Below, piece after piece: positions 39,036 through 49,857 of a stretch of DNA of 64,000 nucleotides. A model generated the notes under the pieces. The model worked only from the letters and a program-made list of their open reading frames with translations. It searched no databases and was not told the origin of the DNA. This DNA is from Candidatus Latescibacterota bacterium (GTDB taxonomy: Bacteria > Latescibacterota > UBA2968 > GCA-2709665): contig CBDCOX010000002.1 of assembly GCA_965219995.1 (NCBI GenBank), forward strand, positions 3,040,001-3,104,000. Reading direction: 5' to 3'. Both the position numbers and the translations under genes were made by a program. Positions within the stretch are counted from its first letter, which is position 1; each line of letters begins with the position of its first letter.

Positions 39036-40024
39036 CCGCGACCTCCTCGGACTGTAAGCAGAACAGGTGGTTCCGAGAGGAGTTCGATCAGCATGATCCC
39101 CATCACCAGGAGCACAATCGCCGCTAAAAACATCTTGAACTGCTCCGCGCCCAGACGCCGGCCGATCCGGACACCCGCCTGCGTCCCCAGCGTCGAGCCC
39201 GCAAGCAGCATCAAGGCGAGCACGAAGTCCACGGTATGGTTCGTATAGGCATGCAGCAGGGTCACGTTGATGCACGTAAACATCACCTGCAGGAGGCTGG
39301 TCCCGACCACCACCGGCATGGGCATCTTCAACACGTACAGCATGGTCGGTACCATAATGAAGCCGCCGCCCACGCCCATAATCGCGGCGAGCATACCCAC
39401 CAGGATTCCGAGGCCCAGCGGAACCAGCACGGACATGGTCGCACCGGCTGTTTCGAACCGAATTCTCCACGGCAACGCCCGGTTGAGCCCGGAGAACCAG
39501 GACGCCACCCGCGCCATCCGGTTCACCAGGGCCAGAGGACGTTCCGCCCAGGTGATCCGGAATTCCTCCCTGGGGCGGCCCACCGCCTTTGCCGCTGTTC
39601 CCCCGCGCAACCCCACGAGCCCGTCCACGAACATAATGCCGCCCACCGACGCCAGCATGAGCACGTAGCTGATATGGATGACCAGGTCCGCGCTGCCGAC
39701 GGCCCGCAGCGCCTTGATCAGTTGCACGCCTGCCGTACCGCCAGCGACCCCGCCCACAATCAGAACGGCAGCCATCCGCAGATCGACGTTTTTCAACCTC
39801 CAGTGGGCATAGACGCCGGACGCAGAGGCCGCCACGATCTGATTGGCGTCGGATGCCGCGGCAATCGTGGGCGGGATTCCGATCATAATCAGCAGAGGCG
39901 TCAGCAGAAACCCCCCGCCCACGCCGAACAGACCGGAAAGCACACCCACGCCGGCTCCCAGCGTCAACAGAAGCCACAAATTGACGCTCGTGCCCGCAAT
40001 AGGCAGATACAAGGAGAGATCCAC
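39032..40024 (-). CDS. Sulfite exporter TauE/SafE family
   Basis: YLPIA, LSGLFGVGGGFLLTP, MGVGGGFIMVP, VVGTSL. Confidence 0.92.
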   Translation of the reverse strand: MDLSLYLPIAGTSVNLWLLLTLGAGVGVLSGLFGVGGGFLLTPLLIMIGIPPTIAAASDANQIVAASASGVYAHWRLKNVDLRMAAVLIVGGVAGGTAGVQLIKALRAVGSADLVIHISYVLMLASVGGIMFVDGLVGLRGGTAAKAVGRPREEFRITWAERPLALVNRMARVASWFSGLNRALPWRIRFETAGATMSVLVPLGLGILVGMLAAIMGVGGGFIMVPTMLYVLKMPMPVVVGTSLLQVMFTCINVTLLHAYTNHTVDFVLALMLLAGSTLGTQAGVRIGRRLGAEQFKMFLAAIVLLVMGIMLIELLSEPPVLLTVRGGRG

Positions 40025-40399
40025 GCCGTCCTCCTGAAAACGCGCTGCGAGACGCGAAAGAGACAGATCTCATAATCTCCCACGCGCGGTGAAAAGTCAA
40101 GCGGAAACCCGGGTTCAACGTCCGCCCCGGACGCAGGGATCTCCGCCGGAACGGGGCCCGGCCAGGGCACGAAGAACCGCGACTGCCAAGTGCTCAGGCC
40201 GTTCCAATTTCTCTTTCAAATTCAGGTGCAACAGCTTAGATTCCAATTCGCGGAACCGTCGGTCTCGGCCGGCGATATCCGCAAGTCCAGGGCCCGCTGC
40301 AGATTCGCTCGGATTGCAGCAGAGAAGCACTGAGTTTACTGGCCCGATAGTATTCTTACCGTTCGCTCTACGTTCATTCCGTCTCGCTGAAACGTGGTC

Positions 40400-40525
40400 A
40401 TTGAGCTTGTCGAAATGCCCGCGTTTCACTATCCGTACGGGGCCAATCGACATCCCTTCGCCGACCCTTCGACAAGCTCAGGGAGCGGCTCAGGGCTGAC
40501 GCGCTGGTTCCTGAATCTGTCGAAG
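40400..40525. repeat. REP-like CCCTTCGACAAGCTCAGG element with inverted partners
   Basis: TGAGCTTGTCGAA near 40402, TTCGACAAGCTCA near 40468, CCTGAATCTGTCGAAG near 40510. Confidence 0.6.
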
Positions 40526-40548
40526 CTTCTTCGCTGAGGAGAGGGTCC

Positions 40549-42225
40549 ATGCCTCGCCTGACCGGCGGCCGGTTCATCGCTGAGACGTTTCACGGATATG
40601 GCATTACCCATGTGTTTTTCATGCCCGTGATCGCGCCTCGCGCCCTGATGGAAATGGAACGGCTGGGAATCCGGCGCATTATGACCCACGGTGAGAAAAG
40701 CGCGGCCTATATGGCCGACGCCTATGCGCGCGTCCGCCGGGGCGCGGGCATCTGCATGGCGCAATCCGTTGGCGCCGCAAACCTCGCTGCCGGGTTGCAG
40801 GACGCGTACCTCGCCTGTTCTCCGGTTATCGCCGTCACCGGGCGTCAGACCCAGATCAACCGGCACCGGCACGCGTACCAGGAAGTGGACCACGTTGCGC
40901 CGTTCGATGCCGTCACGAAATACAACGTTCTGGTGGACCGGCCCGAGCAGTTGCCCTATTTCCTCCGGCAGGCCTTCAGGGAAGCCACGACCGCAACGCC
41001 CGGGCCCGTGCACCTCGACATGGCGGGATTCATCGGCGAGGTGGTCGTGAACGACGAAGCCGTTCTGTACGTGGTCGCCGAAGAACCCTTCGCCCAATTG
41101 CCCCCCTTCCGGCCCGAGCCCGATCCGGAAGCCGTTCGCAGGGCGATCGATCTGCTAGCGGCCGCGGAACGGCCGATACTCGTCGCCGGCGGAGGAGTCA
41201 TCGCGTCGGGCGCCGGGGCGGAGCTTCAGGCATTCGCGGAGAAGCTCGCCATTCCGGTCGCAACGTCGTTGAACGCCAAAGAGGCCCTTCCTTATAACCA
41301 TCCCCTCGGCGTGGGCGTCTGCGGGCTGTACTCCCGCGAATGCGCGAACCGCGCCGTTTGCGAGGCCGACCTGGTCTTCTTTATCGGAAGCCACACCGGC
41401 GGACAGGTCACGAACGACTGGACGGTCCCTCCAGCCGGCACCCATGTCATTCAGCTCGACATCAACCCGGCTGAAATCGGACGCTCCTACCCGATCCGCC
41501 TCGGAATTCAGGCCGACGCGAAAGCCGGGCTGTCAAGACTGATCGACGCCGCGGCCGCGGCCGTCACGCGCAACGACTGGACGTCGCGCGTCCGGCAACT
41601 CGCCGCCCAATGGCGGGAAAGCGTGGCCCCGTACGTCAACTCGGACGAGATACCCATCCGTCCGGAGCGCCTCTGCCGGGAACTGACCCGGCACCTGCCC
41701 TCCGACGCCATTCTCGTTTCCGATACCGGACACGCCGGAATCTGGACGGGAACCATGATCGATCTCAACCATCCGCGTCAGTCCTACATCCGATGCTCCG
41801 GCTCCCTCGGCTGGGGCATTCCCGCGGCCGTCGGCGCCAGGTGCGCCGCTCCGGACCGGCCGGTCGTGTGCTTTACGGGCGACGGCGGCATCTGGTATCA
41901 CGTCACGGAACTGGACACGGCCGTTCGAAACGACATTCCCGTTGTCATCGTGGTGAACAACAACCATTCCCTGAACCAGGAAAAGGGAATCAACGAAGAT
42001 ATCTACGGCGGCCCGGAACCGGGGTCCGACGAACTCTGGCACATGACCGACGGTGACTTTGCGAAAATGGCGGAGTCTATGGGCTGCGTGGGCATCACGG
42101 TCCGGCGCGCCGCGGAGTTCGGGAGCGCCCTGGAACAGGCGATCGGGTCGGGAAGACCCGCCGTTATCGACGTCAAGACCCACATAGACGGGATCGCGCC
42201 GCAGGCCTGGTCGCCGCCGGACTGA
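40549..42225 (+). CDS. Thiamine diphosphate-dependent enzyme (acetolactate synthase-like)
   Basis: HGEKSAAYMADAYAR, PGPVHLD, GDGG...VVNN ThDP motif. Confidence 0.9.
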   Translation: MPRLTGGRFIAETFHGYGITHVFFMPVIAPRALMEMERLGIRRIMTHGEKSAAYMADAYARVRRGAGICMAQSVGAANLAAGLQDAYLACSPVIAVTGRQTQINRHRHAYQEVDHVAPFDAVTKYNVLVDRPEQLPYFLRQAFREATTATPGPVHLDMAGFIGEVVVNDEAVLYVVAEEPFAQLPPFRPEPDPEAVRRAIDLLAAAERPILVAGGGVIASGAGAELQAFAEKLAIPVATSLNAKEALPYNHPLGVGVCGLYSRECANRAVCEADLVFFIGSHTGGQVTNDWTVPPAGTHVIQLDINPAEIGRSYPIRLGIQADAKAGLSRLIDAAAAAVTRNDWTSRVRQLAAQWRESVAPYVNSDEIPIRPERLCRELTRHLPSDAILVSDTGHAGIWTGTMIDLNHPRQSYIRCSGSLGWGIPAAVGARCAAPDRPVVCFTGDGGIWYHVTELDTAVRNDIPVVIVVNNNHSLNQEKGINEDIYGGPEPGSDELWHMTDGDFAKMAESMGCVGITVRRAAEFGSALEQAIGSGRPAVIDVKTHIDGIAPQAWSPPD

Positions 42226-42245
42226 AACGGGAAGGGGATGACCCT

Positions 42246-43115
42246 GTGTCCTCATCGGACGGAGATGGTCTCAGACTCCTGGTCGTGGTCGCCCATCCGC
42301 ACGACCTGTGCCACATGGGCGGCACCTGCGCCCACCACGTGGATCGCGGCGACCGCGTTTCCGTGGTGGCGATCACCGCCGGGCAGCGCACCCATAACGA
42401 AAAACTGGCCGACGAACTGCGCAAGCCGCCGGACCTGAGAGACCGGGAGGTCGTCCGCGCATCGCAGGAAGGTTACGCAGAACGCAAGACAGAGGAATTC
42501 GCAAGGGTGTGCGCCGTCTTCGGCATCGCCGACGTGACCGTACTGCCGTTCTCCGATCATCCCCTCGAGGCAACGGAGGACGTGGTTGCGGCCGTCGCCG
42601 GGGTCCTGTACGACGTCCGTCCTCACATGGTTCTGACCCACGCGCCTTACACCCTGCCGGACCGGCGGTTTCAACATGCGTGGGTCAACGACCACACCGC
42701 AACCGGCATTGCGGTTCAAAAGGCGCTCAACCACGTGGGCATTCCGGACACCGAGCAGGGCCGGGCGCCCCACCGGGTGGCCGCCGTCTACTATACGGGC
42801 ATCGACTACGGATTCCACGAGGTCGACGTCTGCATCGATATTTCCGATCATGTCGACAAGCGGATAGCGGCCGAGAGAATCTTCGAGTCCCAGGGGCACA
42901 CGGCGGAATTCGCGAAAAAGCGGATCGAGTCCAGCGCCGGATTTCAGGGTTGGAAGGCCGGCACGGGCTATGCCGAGACCTTCATCCGCGGGTACCGGGA
43001 GATTTCCCGGTATCTGTCCGTCTCCGAAGAAAATCTCCGGCTGGCGGAGAGCTCTCACGAGGAACGCCTGCGCCGGATTACCGGGGGAAGTCCGCATGGC
43101 GAACAGCAGGCGTAA
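42246..43115 (+). CDS. PIG-L/LmbE family deacetylase-like protein
   Basis: LLVVVAHPHD, T.G, P..VLTH, NDH, VCIDISD..DK, AE.F. Confidence 0.8.
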   Translation: MSSSDGDGLRLLVVVAHPHDLCHMGGTCAHHVDRGDRVSVVAITAGQRTHNEKLADELRKPPDLRDREVVRASQEGYAERKTEEFARVCAVFGIADVTVLPFSDHPLEATEDVVAAVAGVLYDVRPHMVLTHAPYTLPDRRFQHAWVNDHTATGIAVQKALNHVGIPDTEQGRAPHRVAAVYYTGIDYGFHEVDVCIDISDHVDKRIAAERIFESQGHTAEFAKKRIESSAGFQGWKAGTGYAETFIRGYREISRYLSVSEENLRLAESSHEERLRRITGGSPHGEQQA

Positions 43116-43281
43116 GGCAACGGCGGGCAGATGAGCCGAACCGCCCGGGCGACGCCCCTCGAACGTGCGGTCCGGGCACGCGGGTTTGCTGTTGCCTGCA
43201 CGAACCGGATTCAACATATTCCCGCATCGACGTACGATCATCGCACGCGCATCCCACAACCCGATGGCAAGGAAGGTCTCT

Positions 43282-44847
43282 ATGCATAACGTCCGTTGTC
43301 GTTCCGTTGTCATTCTCTGTTTGATCCTTCTCCTGACACTCGTCTTACCAGTCATGGCATTTGCGCAGGATACCGCCGCCGCCGAATCGGGTAACAGCTG
43401 GATACAGAGCCACCTCGCCGACCTGGACAGGCTCTTCGGAAACACGGTCGAACTCCTGGCCGCGGTCCTCTTCGCCTCCTTCGGCACGGGCATTCCGCTC
43501 ATCGTCGTGGTGCTGCTTCTGGGCGGCATCTATTATTCCTTCTTCTTCGGATGGATCTCCGTGAAGGGGTTCCGCCACTCCATCGACATCATCCGGGGAC
43601 GCTACGACAATCCGAACGACCCCGGTGAGATTTCACATTTCCAGGCTCTCACCAGCGCGCTCTCGGCAACGGTCGGACTCGGTAACATCGCCGGCGTCGC
43701 CATCGCCGTCAGCCTCGGCGGCCCGGGAGCGATCTTCTGGATGCTCGTTACCGCGGTCTTCGGCATGTCCTCCAAGCTCGCCTCGTGCACCCTTGCCGTC
43801 ATGTACAGGAAGATACACCCGGACGGCCGCGTCTCCGGCGGCCCGATGTATTACCTGGAGAACGGTCTCAAACTCAAGGGAATGGGGGAATTCGGCCGTA
43901 CCCTTGCGGTGATGTTCGCCTTTCTGACCGTGGGAGGAAGCCTGGGCGGCGGCAATATGTTCCAGGCCAATCAGACGCTGGAAATCCTGGGCACCGTCTC
44001 GCCGGTCTTCAAGACCTACAACTGGCTGGTCGGCATCGTGCTCGCCGCGATGGTCGCCGTCGTGATCATCGGAGGCATCCGGCGAATCGGCCGCGTCACG
44101 TCGCGGGTGGTTCCTACCATGTGCCTGTTGTACGTGGCCACGTGCCTGCTGATCATCCTCTCCAACTTTACCCGCATCCCCGAGATGCTGGTCACCATCT
44201 TCGGCCAGGCCTTTTCGCCCCAGGCGCTCTACGGCGGCTTCATCGGCGTGCTGGTCACCGGTATCCGGCGCGCCGCCTTCTCGAACGAAGCGGGCCTCGG
44301 ATCCGCGGCGTTCGCGCATGCCGCCGCCAAAACCGACGAACCCGCCCGGGAGGGCATGGTCGCGATGATCGGGCCGTTCATCGACACGATCGTCATCTGC
44401 CTGATGACGGGCCTCGTCTGTCTGATCACCGGCGTCTATGCAGATCCTCAATTCCTCGGCCAGGCTCAGCAGGGGCAGCCCGTCGGCGCCGCGATGACGG
44501 CCGCCGCTTTCGAGACGTTCATCCCCGGCGCACGCCACGTGCTGGCCATTGCCGTTGTGCTCTTCGCGTATTCCACCATGATTTCCTGGTCCTATTACGG
44601 AGAGCGGGCCTGGGAGTATCTCTTCGGCGACGGGACGATTCTCGTGTATCGCATCATCTTCGTCGTCTTTGTCTTCCTGGGCGCCGTTACCGCGCTGACC
44701 AACGTACTGAACTTTACCGACATGATGATTCTGGGAATGGCCTTCCCGAACATCATCGGCGGCGTGATCCTCAGCCCCCATATCAAGGCAACGCTCAACG
44801 AATACTGGGACCGGCTGAAATCCGGGCAGATGAAGGTTTACAAGTAA
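43282..44847 (+). CDS. Alanine/glycine:cation symporter (AlsT/AGCS family)
   Basis: GEISHFQAL, TVGLGNIAGV, GGPGAIFWM, GGPMYY, FSNEAGLGS, FIDTIVIC. Confidence 0.95.
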   Translation: MHNVRCRSVVILCLILLLTLVLPVMAFAQDTAAAESGNSWIQSHLADLDRLFGNTVELLAAVLFASFGTGIPLIVVVLLLGGIYYSFFFGWISVKGFRHSIDIIRGRYDNPNDPGEISHFQALTSALSATVGLGNIAGVAIAVSLGGPGAIFWMLVTAVFGMSSKLASCTLAVMYRKIHPDGRVSGGPMYYLENGLKLKGMGEFGRTLAVMFAFLTVGGSLGGGNMFQANQTLEILGTVSPVFKTYNWLVGIVLAAMVAVVIIGGIRRIGRVTSRVVPTMCLLYVATCLLIILSNFTRIPEMLVTIFGQAFSPQALYGGFIGVLVTGIRRAAFSNEAGLGSAAFAHAAAKTDEPAREGMVAMIGPFIDTIVICLMTGLVCLITGVYADPQFLGQAQQGQPVGAAMTAAAFETFIPGARHVLAIAVVLFAYSTMISWSYYGERAWEYLFGDGTILVYRIIFVVFVFLGAVTALTNVLNFTDMMILGMAFPNIIGGVILSPHIKATLNEYWDRLKSGQMKVYK

Positions 44848-44865
44848 CCGCGCACATCCGCAGAA

Positions 44866-44900
44866 GAGGGGCGCTGCAACATCGCAGCGCCCCTTTTTTT
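44866..44900 (+). terminator. Intrinsic terminator
   Basis: GGGGCGCTGC-AACATC-GCAGCGCCCC followed by a run of T. Confidence 0.85.
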
Positions 44901-44904
44901 ATTG

Positions 44905-45032
44905 GGAAGACGTAAGACGGTAGACGGTAGATGACGTCCGTGCCCGATTGGTTCTTCCTTAATGCCTCCGGCAAGAAATGAAACCGCACAGGGCAGACAA
45001 TCTCTCACGTCTCACGTCTACCCTCTCACCGC
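44905..45032 (+). repeat. Modular heptamer-bounded repeat, locus 3 (A')
   Basis: Module A at 44931 between direct and inverted heptamer runs. Confidence 0.9.
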
Positions 45033-45037
45033 CTCTT

Positions 45038-46018
45038 CTATACATCCGCGATCGATACCGGTTCGCCGGTTTCGAGAGACCGGTTCACCGCCACCACGAC
45101 CTCCTGCGTCCTTACGGCATCCGAGTACGGACACCGCAGCTTCGATCCGTCGCCTGTACGCACCGCTTCGATGAAGGCGTTGTCCATCTCCTGCCAGTAA
45201 GGGTTGCCCACCTCGATGTGTTCCGACCGGTCGCCCTGCACAACGGTAATGGATTTTCTCTCGTTGTACTGGATTACCATATCTTTCGTGAAAATATCCA
45301 GCCCGCCGCGATGTCCGCACGACAGGAAACAGGCCGAAAAGAGCGTCGCCAGCATGCCATTTTCGAAAATCAACGTGGCCGCGCTCGCGTCTTCGATATC
45401 GTAGCCCTCCACGTCCGTCATCAACCCCGTACGGCCCCCTGCGAATACGGTTTTCACCTCGCCGAACAGATACCGGGCCATATCGGTCACGTGGACCGTT
45501 TGCTCGACGGCCTGACCGCCGGACATTCGCTTCCGCCGCCACCAGGGGGTGCCCGGCAGCCCGCCCATCCAGTACCCGATGGCCAGCCCCACCGGACGGT
45601 CCGCAAGCAGGTCCCGCGTCCTGTCGATGATGTCCAGGTACCTGCCCTGGAAGCCCACGCAGGAGATCACGCCGTGCTCCCGGATGGCCGCGTCAGCCTC
45701 CCGCGCCGTCTCCATACCGAGCGAGATCGGTTTCTCGACGAAGAGCGCGATTCCCTTTTCCGCGGCCATAATCTCCTGCTTCTCGTGCGCAAACGGCGGA
45801 ATGCAGATGTAAACCGCATCCAATTCCACTTCGTTCAACATGGACCGGTAGTCGGTGAATACGCTTGCATCCCACTCCGCGGCGGCCGCGGCGGCCTTCG
45901 CCCGTTCCACGTCGCAAACGGCCACGACCGACACGTCGTCTATACGTTTCAAGTGCCGGCGATGCGCGCGTGAGATGTTGCCCGCGCCAATAAACCCAAC
46001 CTTCACCGTCATCCTCAT
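45038..46018 (-). CDS. Gfo/Idh/MocA oxidoreductase
   Basis: VGFIGAG, DAVYICIPPFAH, FVEKP. Confidence 0.92.
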   Translation of the reverse strand: MRMTVKVGFIGAGNISRAHRRHLKRIDDVSVVAVCDVERAKAAAAAAEWDASVFTDYRSMLNEVELDAVYICIPPFAHEKQEIMAAEKGIALFVEKPISLGMETAREADAAIREHGVISCVGFQGRYLDIIDRTRDLLADRPVGLAIGYWMGGLPGTPWWRRKRMSGGQAVEQTVHVTDMARYLFGEVKTVFAGGRTGLMTDVEGYDIEDASAATLIFENGMLATLFSACFLSCGHRGGLDIFTKDMVIQYNERKSITVVQGDRSEHIEVGNPYWQEMDNAFIEAVRTGDGSKLRCPYSDAVRTQEVVVAVNRSLETGEPVSIADV

Positions 46019-46063
46019 ATCCTTTACGGAATACGATCCCTGACGGCCGGCGCCGTCCGGTAT

Positions 46064-48838
46064 CTATTTCAACTCTTCCTTCAGCGCCCTGATCGTCTCC
46101 TCCAGCGCCTTCATTTCCTTGCCCGCCAGCTCCCAGTCCCACTGCTGCAGGGCCGAACGCACACGGGAATAGTGGGCATCGGCTTTTGCCGCCAGTTCGG
46201 CGGCGGATTGTCCGGTCTGCATGGCTACGTGAGCCGCGGGCGCTTCCTCTTCACCGACCGCAACGGTGGCGCCTGCTCCGGCCCCGAACAACTCCGACAG
46301 GGCCTCTTCGAATGTACTCCGCATCACCACCTGCCCGCCGAAAGCGACAATCACCTGCTTCAACTCCGGAATCGCCGTACTGCGTTCCTGCTGCCGCCTG
46401 GCCGGCGGCTGGCCGCCGGGCATGCCCTCTTCCTGTCCGTACGCCTGCTGTTCGGGCTCCTGCCTCGCTTGCAGATAGATGGGTTCAACGTAGATGAACG
46501 ACCGCTCCACCGGGATGGCCAGCAGGTTTCCGCGGATCACCTCCGAGCCCCGCTGCCCCCACAACGTGAGCTGGCTGGAGATTTCCGGCTGCTGGTCCAC
46601 CCGCGCTTCGATCTGCATCGGGCCGTAGATCAGCTTGTCTTTGGGCAGTTTGTACACCAGCAGATGACCATAGTTTTCACCGTCGGACCGAGCCGCGAGC
46701 CAGGCGATCATATTGTCCCGCTTTTCGGGCGTAAACGGGACCATCAGCAGGAATTCCTCCCGCTCCTCGCCGGGCAGCTTGACGATAATGTAGTAGGGAA
46801 GCATCTTCTGCGGCTGGTCGCTGTAGATCTCGTTCGGAATCTCCCAGAGATCTTCCTGGTTGAAGAAGACGTTGACGTCTTCCATGTGATATGTCCGATA
46901 CATGATCGCCTGTCTGAAAAACAGGTCGATGGGATACCTCACATGCGCCCTGAGACCTTCCGGCATCGCGGACATCGGCTGGAACACGCCCGGGAACATT
47001 TCACCGTACGCACGAATCAGCGGATCTTCCGTATCCACCTGATAGAAACTGACCGTGCCGTTATACGCGTCGACCACGACCTTCACGGAATTCCTGATGT
47101 AGTTGATCCGCATGCGTCCCGACCGCGTCGAATACGGATACATGTCCGAGATCGTGTACGCATCCTGTATCCAGTAAAGCCTGCCTTCGGACGCCACGAC
47201 GTAGGGATCGGTGTCGTACATGAGGAAGGGTACCAGCGTCTGAACCCGCTCCCGGATCTGACGTCTGAACATGATTCGGCTTTCCGGCAATATGTAGCCG
47301 CTCAACAGAAGGCTCACGTCCCAGAACCGGATGGCAAACGACAGCCGATTGATAAAACCGCCCGTGGGAACGCCGCCCATCCCCTCGTACGTCGAATACT
47401 GGTTCTCGTCGCCTTTCGGATAGTCGAATTCCTCGATGCCCGTCTTCACCACCACGTAAGCGTAGGTTCTTTCACCGTAATAGATCTCCGGCCTCTCGAC
47501 CTCCAGTCCGGAAACCGAAACGGGCGGAATGTCCTTGACCATGAACGCCGGCAGACCCTCCGGGGTCACGTGGTTCACCGGGCTGATGGTCACCCCGTAT
47601 CCGTGGGTATACTGCAGGCGTTCGTTGACCCAGTTTCTGGCCTGGGCCGGCAAACGGTTGGTATCCAGTTCCCGGGCGGACAACATCACCTGTCTGTAAA
47701 CCCCGTCTACCGTATACCGGTCCACGTCCACGCTCGGAAAGACATAGTACGGCCGGATCTCCTGCACCTGCTGATAGGTCTGCTTGAGGGGGCGCTCATC
47801 CCAGATCCGGATATTGCGCATTGTCAGGGGATTTGCCTGAATATCCGCCAAAGAGAGGTCTTCGGAAGCCTCGAACGGCTGCTCGTCGATCCGGTCCAGC
47901 CCGTATGCCCGGTTCGTCGCCTCGATGTTATATTTGATATAGGGACCTTCCCGCCGGAGTTCGCTTGGCTCCACCACCAGCTTCTGGACCACGGTCGCGG
48001 GGACCGCCCCCACGACGATGGTACCGATAACCAGCACGCCGACGCCCCTGAGCGGCAACCGGGAATTGGGCTTCCTGACGTTCAGAAACAGGAAGACCGC
48101 CGTCGCCAGAAAGACGATCACCATCACCCAGTAGGCCCAGATCTGAACGTTGACGTCCACGTAACCGGCGCCGAAAAACCGACCCTGCGAGTAGAGCAGG
48201 CCGTAAATCTTCAGCCGGTACTTCCACGCCAGCGCCAGAAGGAATACGCCGCCCAGTCCCGACAGATGGGCCATGGGACGTTCCCCCACCTCGAGACCTT
48301 CCCGGATACCAATGCCCCCCGCCGCGACGTACATCACCACCACGATCAGCGCCGACAGCACCAGTGCCGCAATCAGAAACCCGGACAGGAAATCGTAGAA
48401 CGGCAGCAGGAACACATAGAAGCCCACCTCCCGATTGAATATCGGATCCACGGCGCCGAACGGCTGTTCGTAGAGGTACCTCAGCAGAACCGGCCACTGG
48501 CTGGCGCCGATGTTGCCCAGGATGAATACCAATACAGCCGCGATGAACACCTGGGTTTTCCTGGACTGCAATACGCCGGCGGGTTCGTCGTCAACCCGTA
48601 CCGCACGCTGTGTTACGCGTCCCGCAATCAACAGGTTCACCCCCACCACGATTGCCGCGATCGCGCCGAAAATCATGCCCGATCCGAAGCGGGCGCGAAT
48701 GATACGCCAGAACACCGAATCGTATTCCAGGCTTCTGAACCACAGCCAGTCGGTATAGTACGATACCAGGAAACTGATTCCGAAAAACCCGCCAACCAGC
48801 ACGGCAAGAACGATCCACCCCCGCGGACGCCGATCCAT
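46064..48838 (-). CDS. UPF0182 family membrane protein
   Basis: YTDWLWF, DPIF...GFYVF.LP, NIRIWD, DVDRY, YTHGYG, NYIRNSVK, FYN/FFNQEDLW, GNLL.IP. Confidence 0.93.
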   Translation of the reverse strand: MDRRPRGWIVLAVLVGGFFGISFLVSYYTDWLWFRSLEYDSVFWRIIRARFGSGMIFGAIAAIVVGVNLLIAGRVTQRAVRVDDEPAGVLQSRKTQVFIAAVLVFILGNIGASQWPVLLRYLYEQPFGAVDPIFNREVGFYVFLLPFYDFLSGFLIAALVLSALIVVVMYVAAGGIGIREGLEVGERPMAHLSGLGGVFLLALAWKYRLKIYGLLYSQGRFFGAGYVDVNVQIWAYWVMVIVFLATAVFLFLNVRKPNSRLPLRGVGVLVIGTIVVGAVPATVVQKLVVEPSELRREGPYIKYNIEATNRAYGLDRIDEQPFEASEDLSLADIQANPLTMRNIRIWDERPLKQTYQQVQEIRPYYVFPSVDVDRYTVDGVYRQVMLSARELDTNRLPAQARNWVNERLQYTHGYGVTISPVNHVTPEGLPAFMVKDIPPVSVSGLEVERPEIYYGERTYAYVVVKTGIEEFDYPKGDENQYSTYEGMGGVPTGGFINRLSFAIRFWDVSLLLSGYILPESRIMFRRQIRERVQTLVPFLMYDTDPYVVASEGRLYWIQDAYTISDMYPYSTRSGRMRINYIRNSVKVVVDAYNGTVSFYQVDTEDPLIRAYGEMFPGVFQPMSAMPEGLRAHVRYPIDLFFRQAIMYRTYHMEDVNVFFNQEDLWEIPNEIYSDQPQKMLPYYIIVKLPGEEREEFLLMVPFTPEKRDNMIAWLAARSDGENYGHLLVYKLPKDKLIYGPMQIEARVDQQPEISSQLTLWGQRGSEVIRGNLLAIPVERSFIYVEPIYLQARQEPEQQAYGQEEGMPGGQPPARRQQERSTAIPELKQVIVAFGGQVVMRSTFEEALSELFGAGAGATVAVGEEEAPAAHVAMQTGQSAAELAAKADAHYSRVRSALQQWDWELAGKEMKALEETIRALKEELK

Positions 48839-49040
48839 GATTTCTCCTTTTCCGAGTACACGACGAAACGATGAATTCGACAACAAGAAAACAAAAAAAC
48901 CGCTTGCTGTCAGCAAAAACATTTCGGCGCCCCGGTGCGGACATTGCGCCGCGCCTAATCGTTGACATCCGGCGCCGCATTAATCTTATTGTCCGTATCG
49001 TACATCGGTTTCGCGGCATGACCCGAATCAGGAGAACGCC

Positions 49041-49829
49041 ATGTCGGAATTTCAGGATAAAGCGGTCATCGTCACCGGCGGGGCAAAGGGCATCGGCAGC
49101 GGCATCTGCCTGGCTTTCGCCAGGGAGGGCGCCCGTGTGCTCTGCGCCGACGTGGACGTAAAGGCAGGTAGACGTCTGGCCGCGGAAAGCGACGCCCTCC
49201 CGGGCCATATCCGCTTCCAGGAGGCGGACGTCGCACGGGACGACGCGTGTCGCGGGCTGGCGGGGACCGCCGTTTCGGAGTGGGGCGGCGTGGATATCCT
49301 CTGCAACAACGTGGGCATTCAGCCGACCGACAGCTACCTGCCTGCACACGAACTGCCCGAAGACACGTGGGACGCCATCCTGAACGTCAACCTGAAGAGC
49401 GCCTTCCTGATGACCCGGCACTGCGTCCCGGAGATGATCAAACGCGGAGGCGGCGTGATTATCAACACGGCCAGCGTCCAGGGTCTTCAGTCCACCAAAG
49501 GCGTCTGCGCCTACGCCGCCAGCAAAGGCGGCATCCTCTCGCTGACGCGGCAACTCGCCCTGGAATACGCCGAAGACAATGTGCGCGTGCTTGCGGTCAA
49601 CCCCGGCACCATCGACACCCCTCTGGTCGACGAAGCCCTGAAGGCCATGGGCGGCGACGAGAAGGAACAGCGCGAACGGATGGGCCGGTCCCATCCCATA
49701 GGCCGGATCGGAACCCCCGACGATATCGCGCAGGCCGTCCTGTTCCTCGCCAGCGAAAAAGCCTCGTTCATGACGGGCGAGAACGTGTGCGTGGACGGCG
49801 GCATGATGGCCAGAGGCGCCTGGAGCTGA
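49041..49829 (+). CDS. Short-chain dehydrogenase/reductase
   Basis: TGGAKGIG, NNVG, YAASK, PG.IDTP. Confidence 0.92.
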   Translation: MSEFQDKAVIVTGGAKGIGSGICLAFAREGARVLCADVDVKAGRRLAAESDALPGHIRFQEADVARDDACRGLAGTAVSEWGGVDILCNNVGIQPTDSYLPAHELPEDTWDAILNVNLKSAFLMTRHCVPEMIKRGGGVIINTASVQGLQSTKGVCAYAASKGGILSLTRQLALEYAEDNVRVLAVNPGTIDTPLVDEALKAMGGDEKEQRERMGRSHPIGRIGTPDDIAQAVLFLASEKASFMTGENVCVDGGMMARGAWS

Positions 49830-49857
49830 TCATCCATCCAGGGTCACAACCGCATCT

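Noticed and set aside
40115-40453. 112-aa ORF upstream of tauE
   Set aside because: It starts in a REP-like element and has no recognisable motif; at most a gene remnant.
43115-43281. Glycine riboswitch upstream of the alanine/glycine symporter
   Set aside because: No GGAGA...CCGAAG...CTCTCAGG pattern found.
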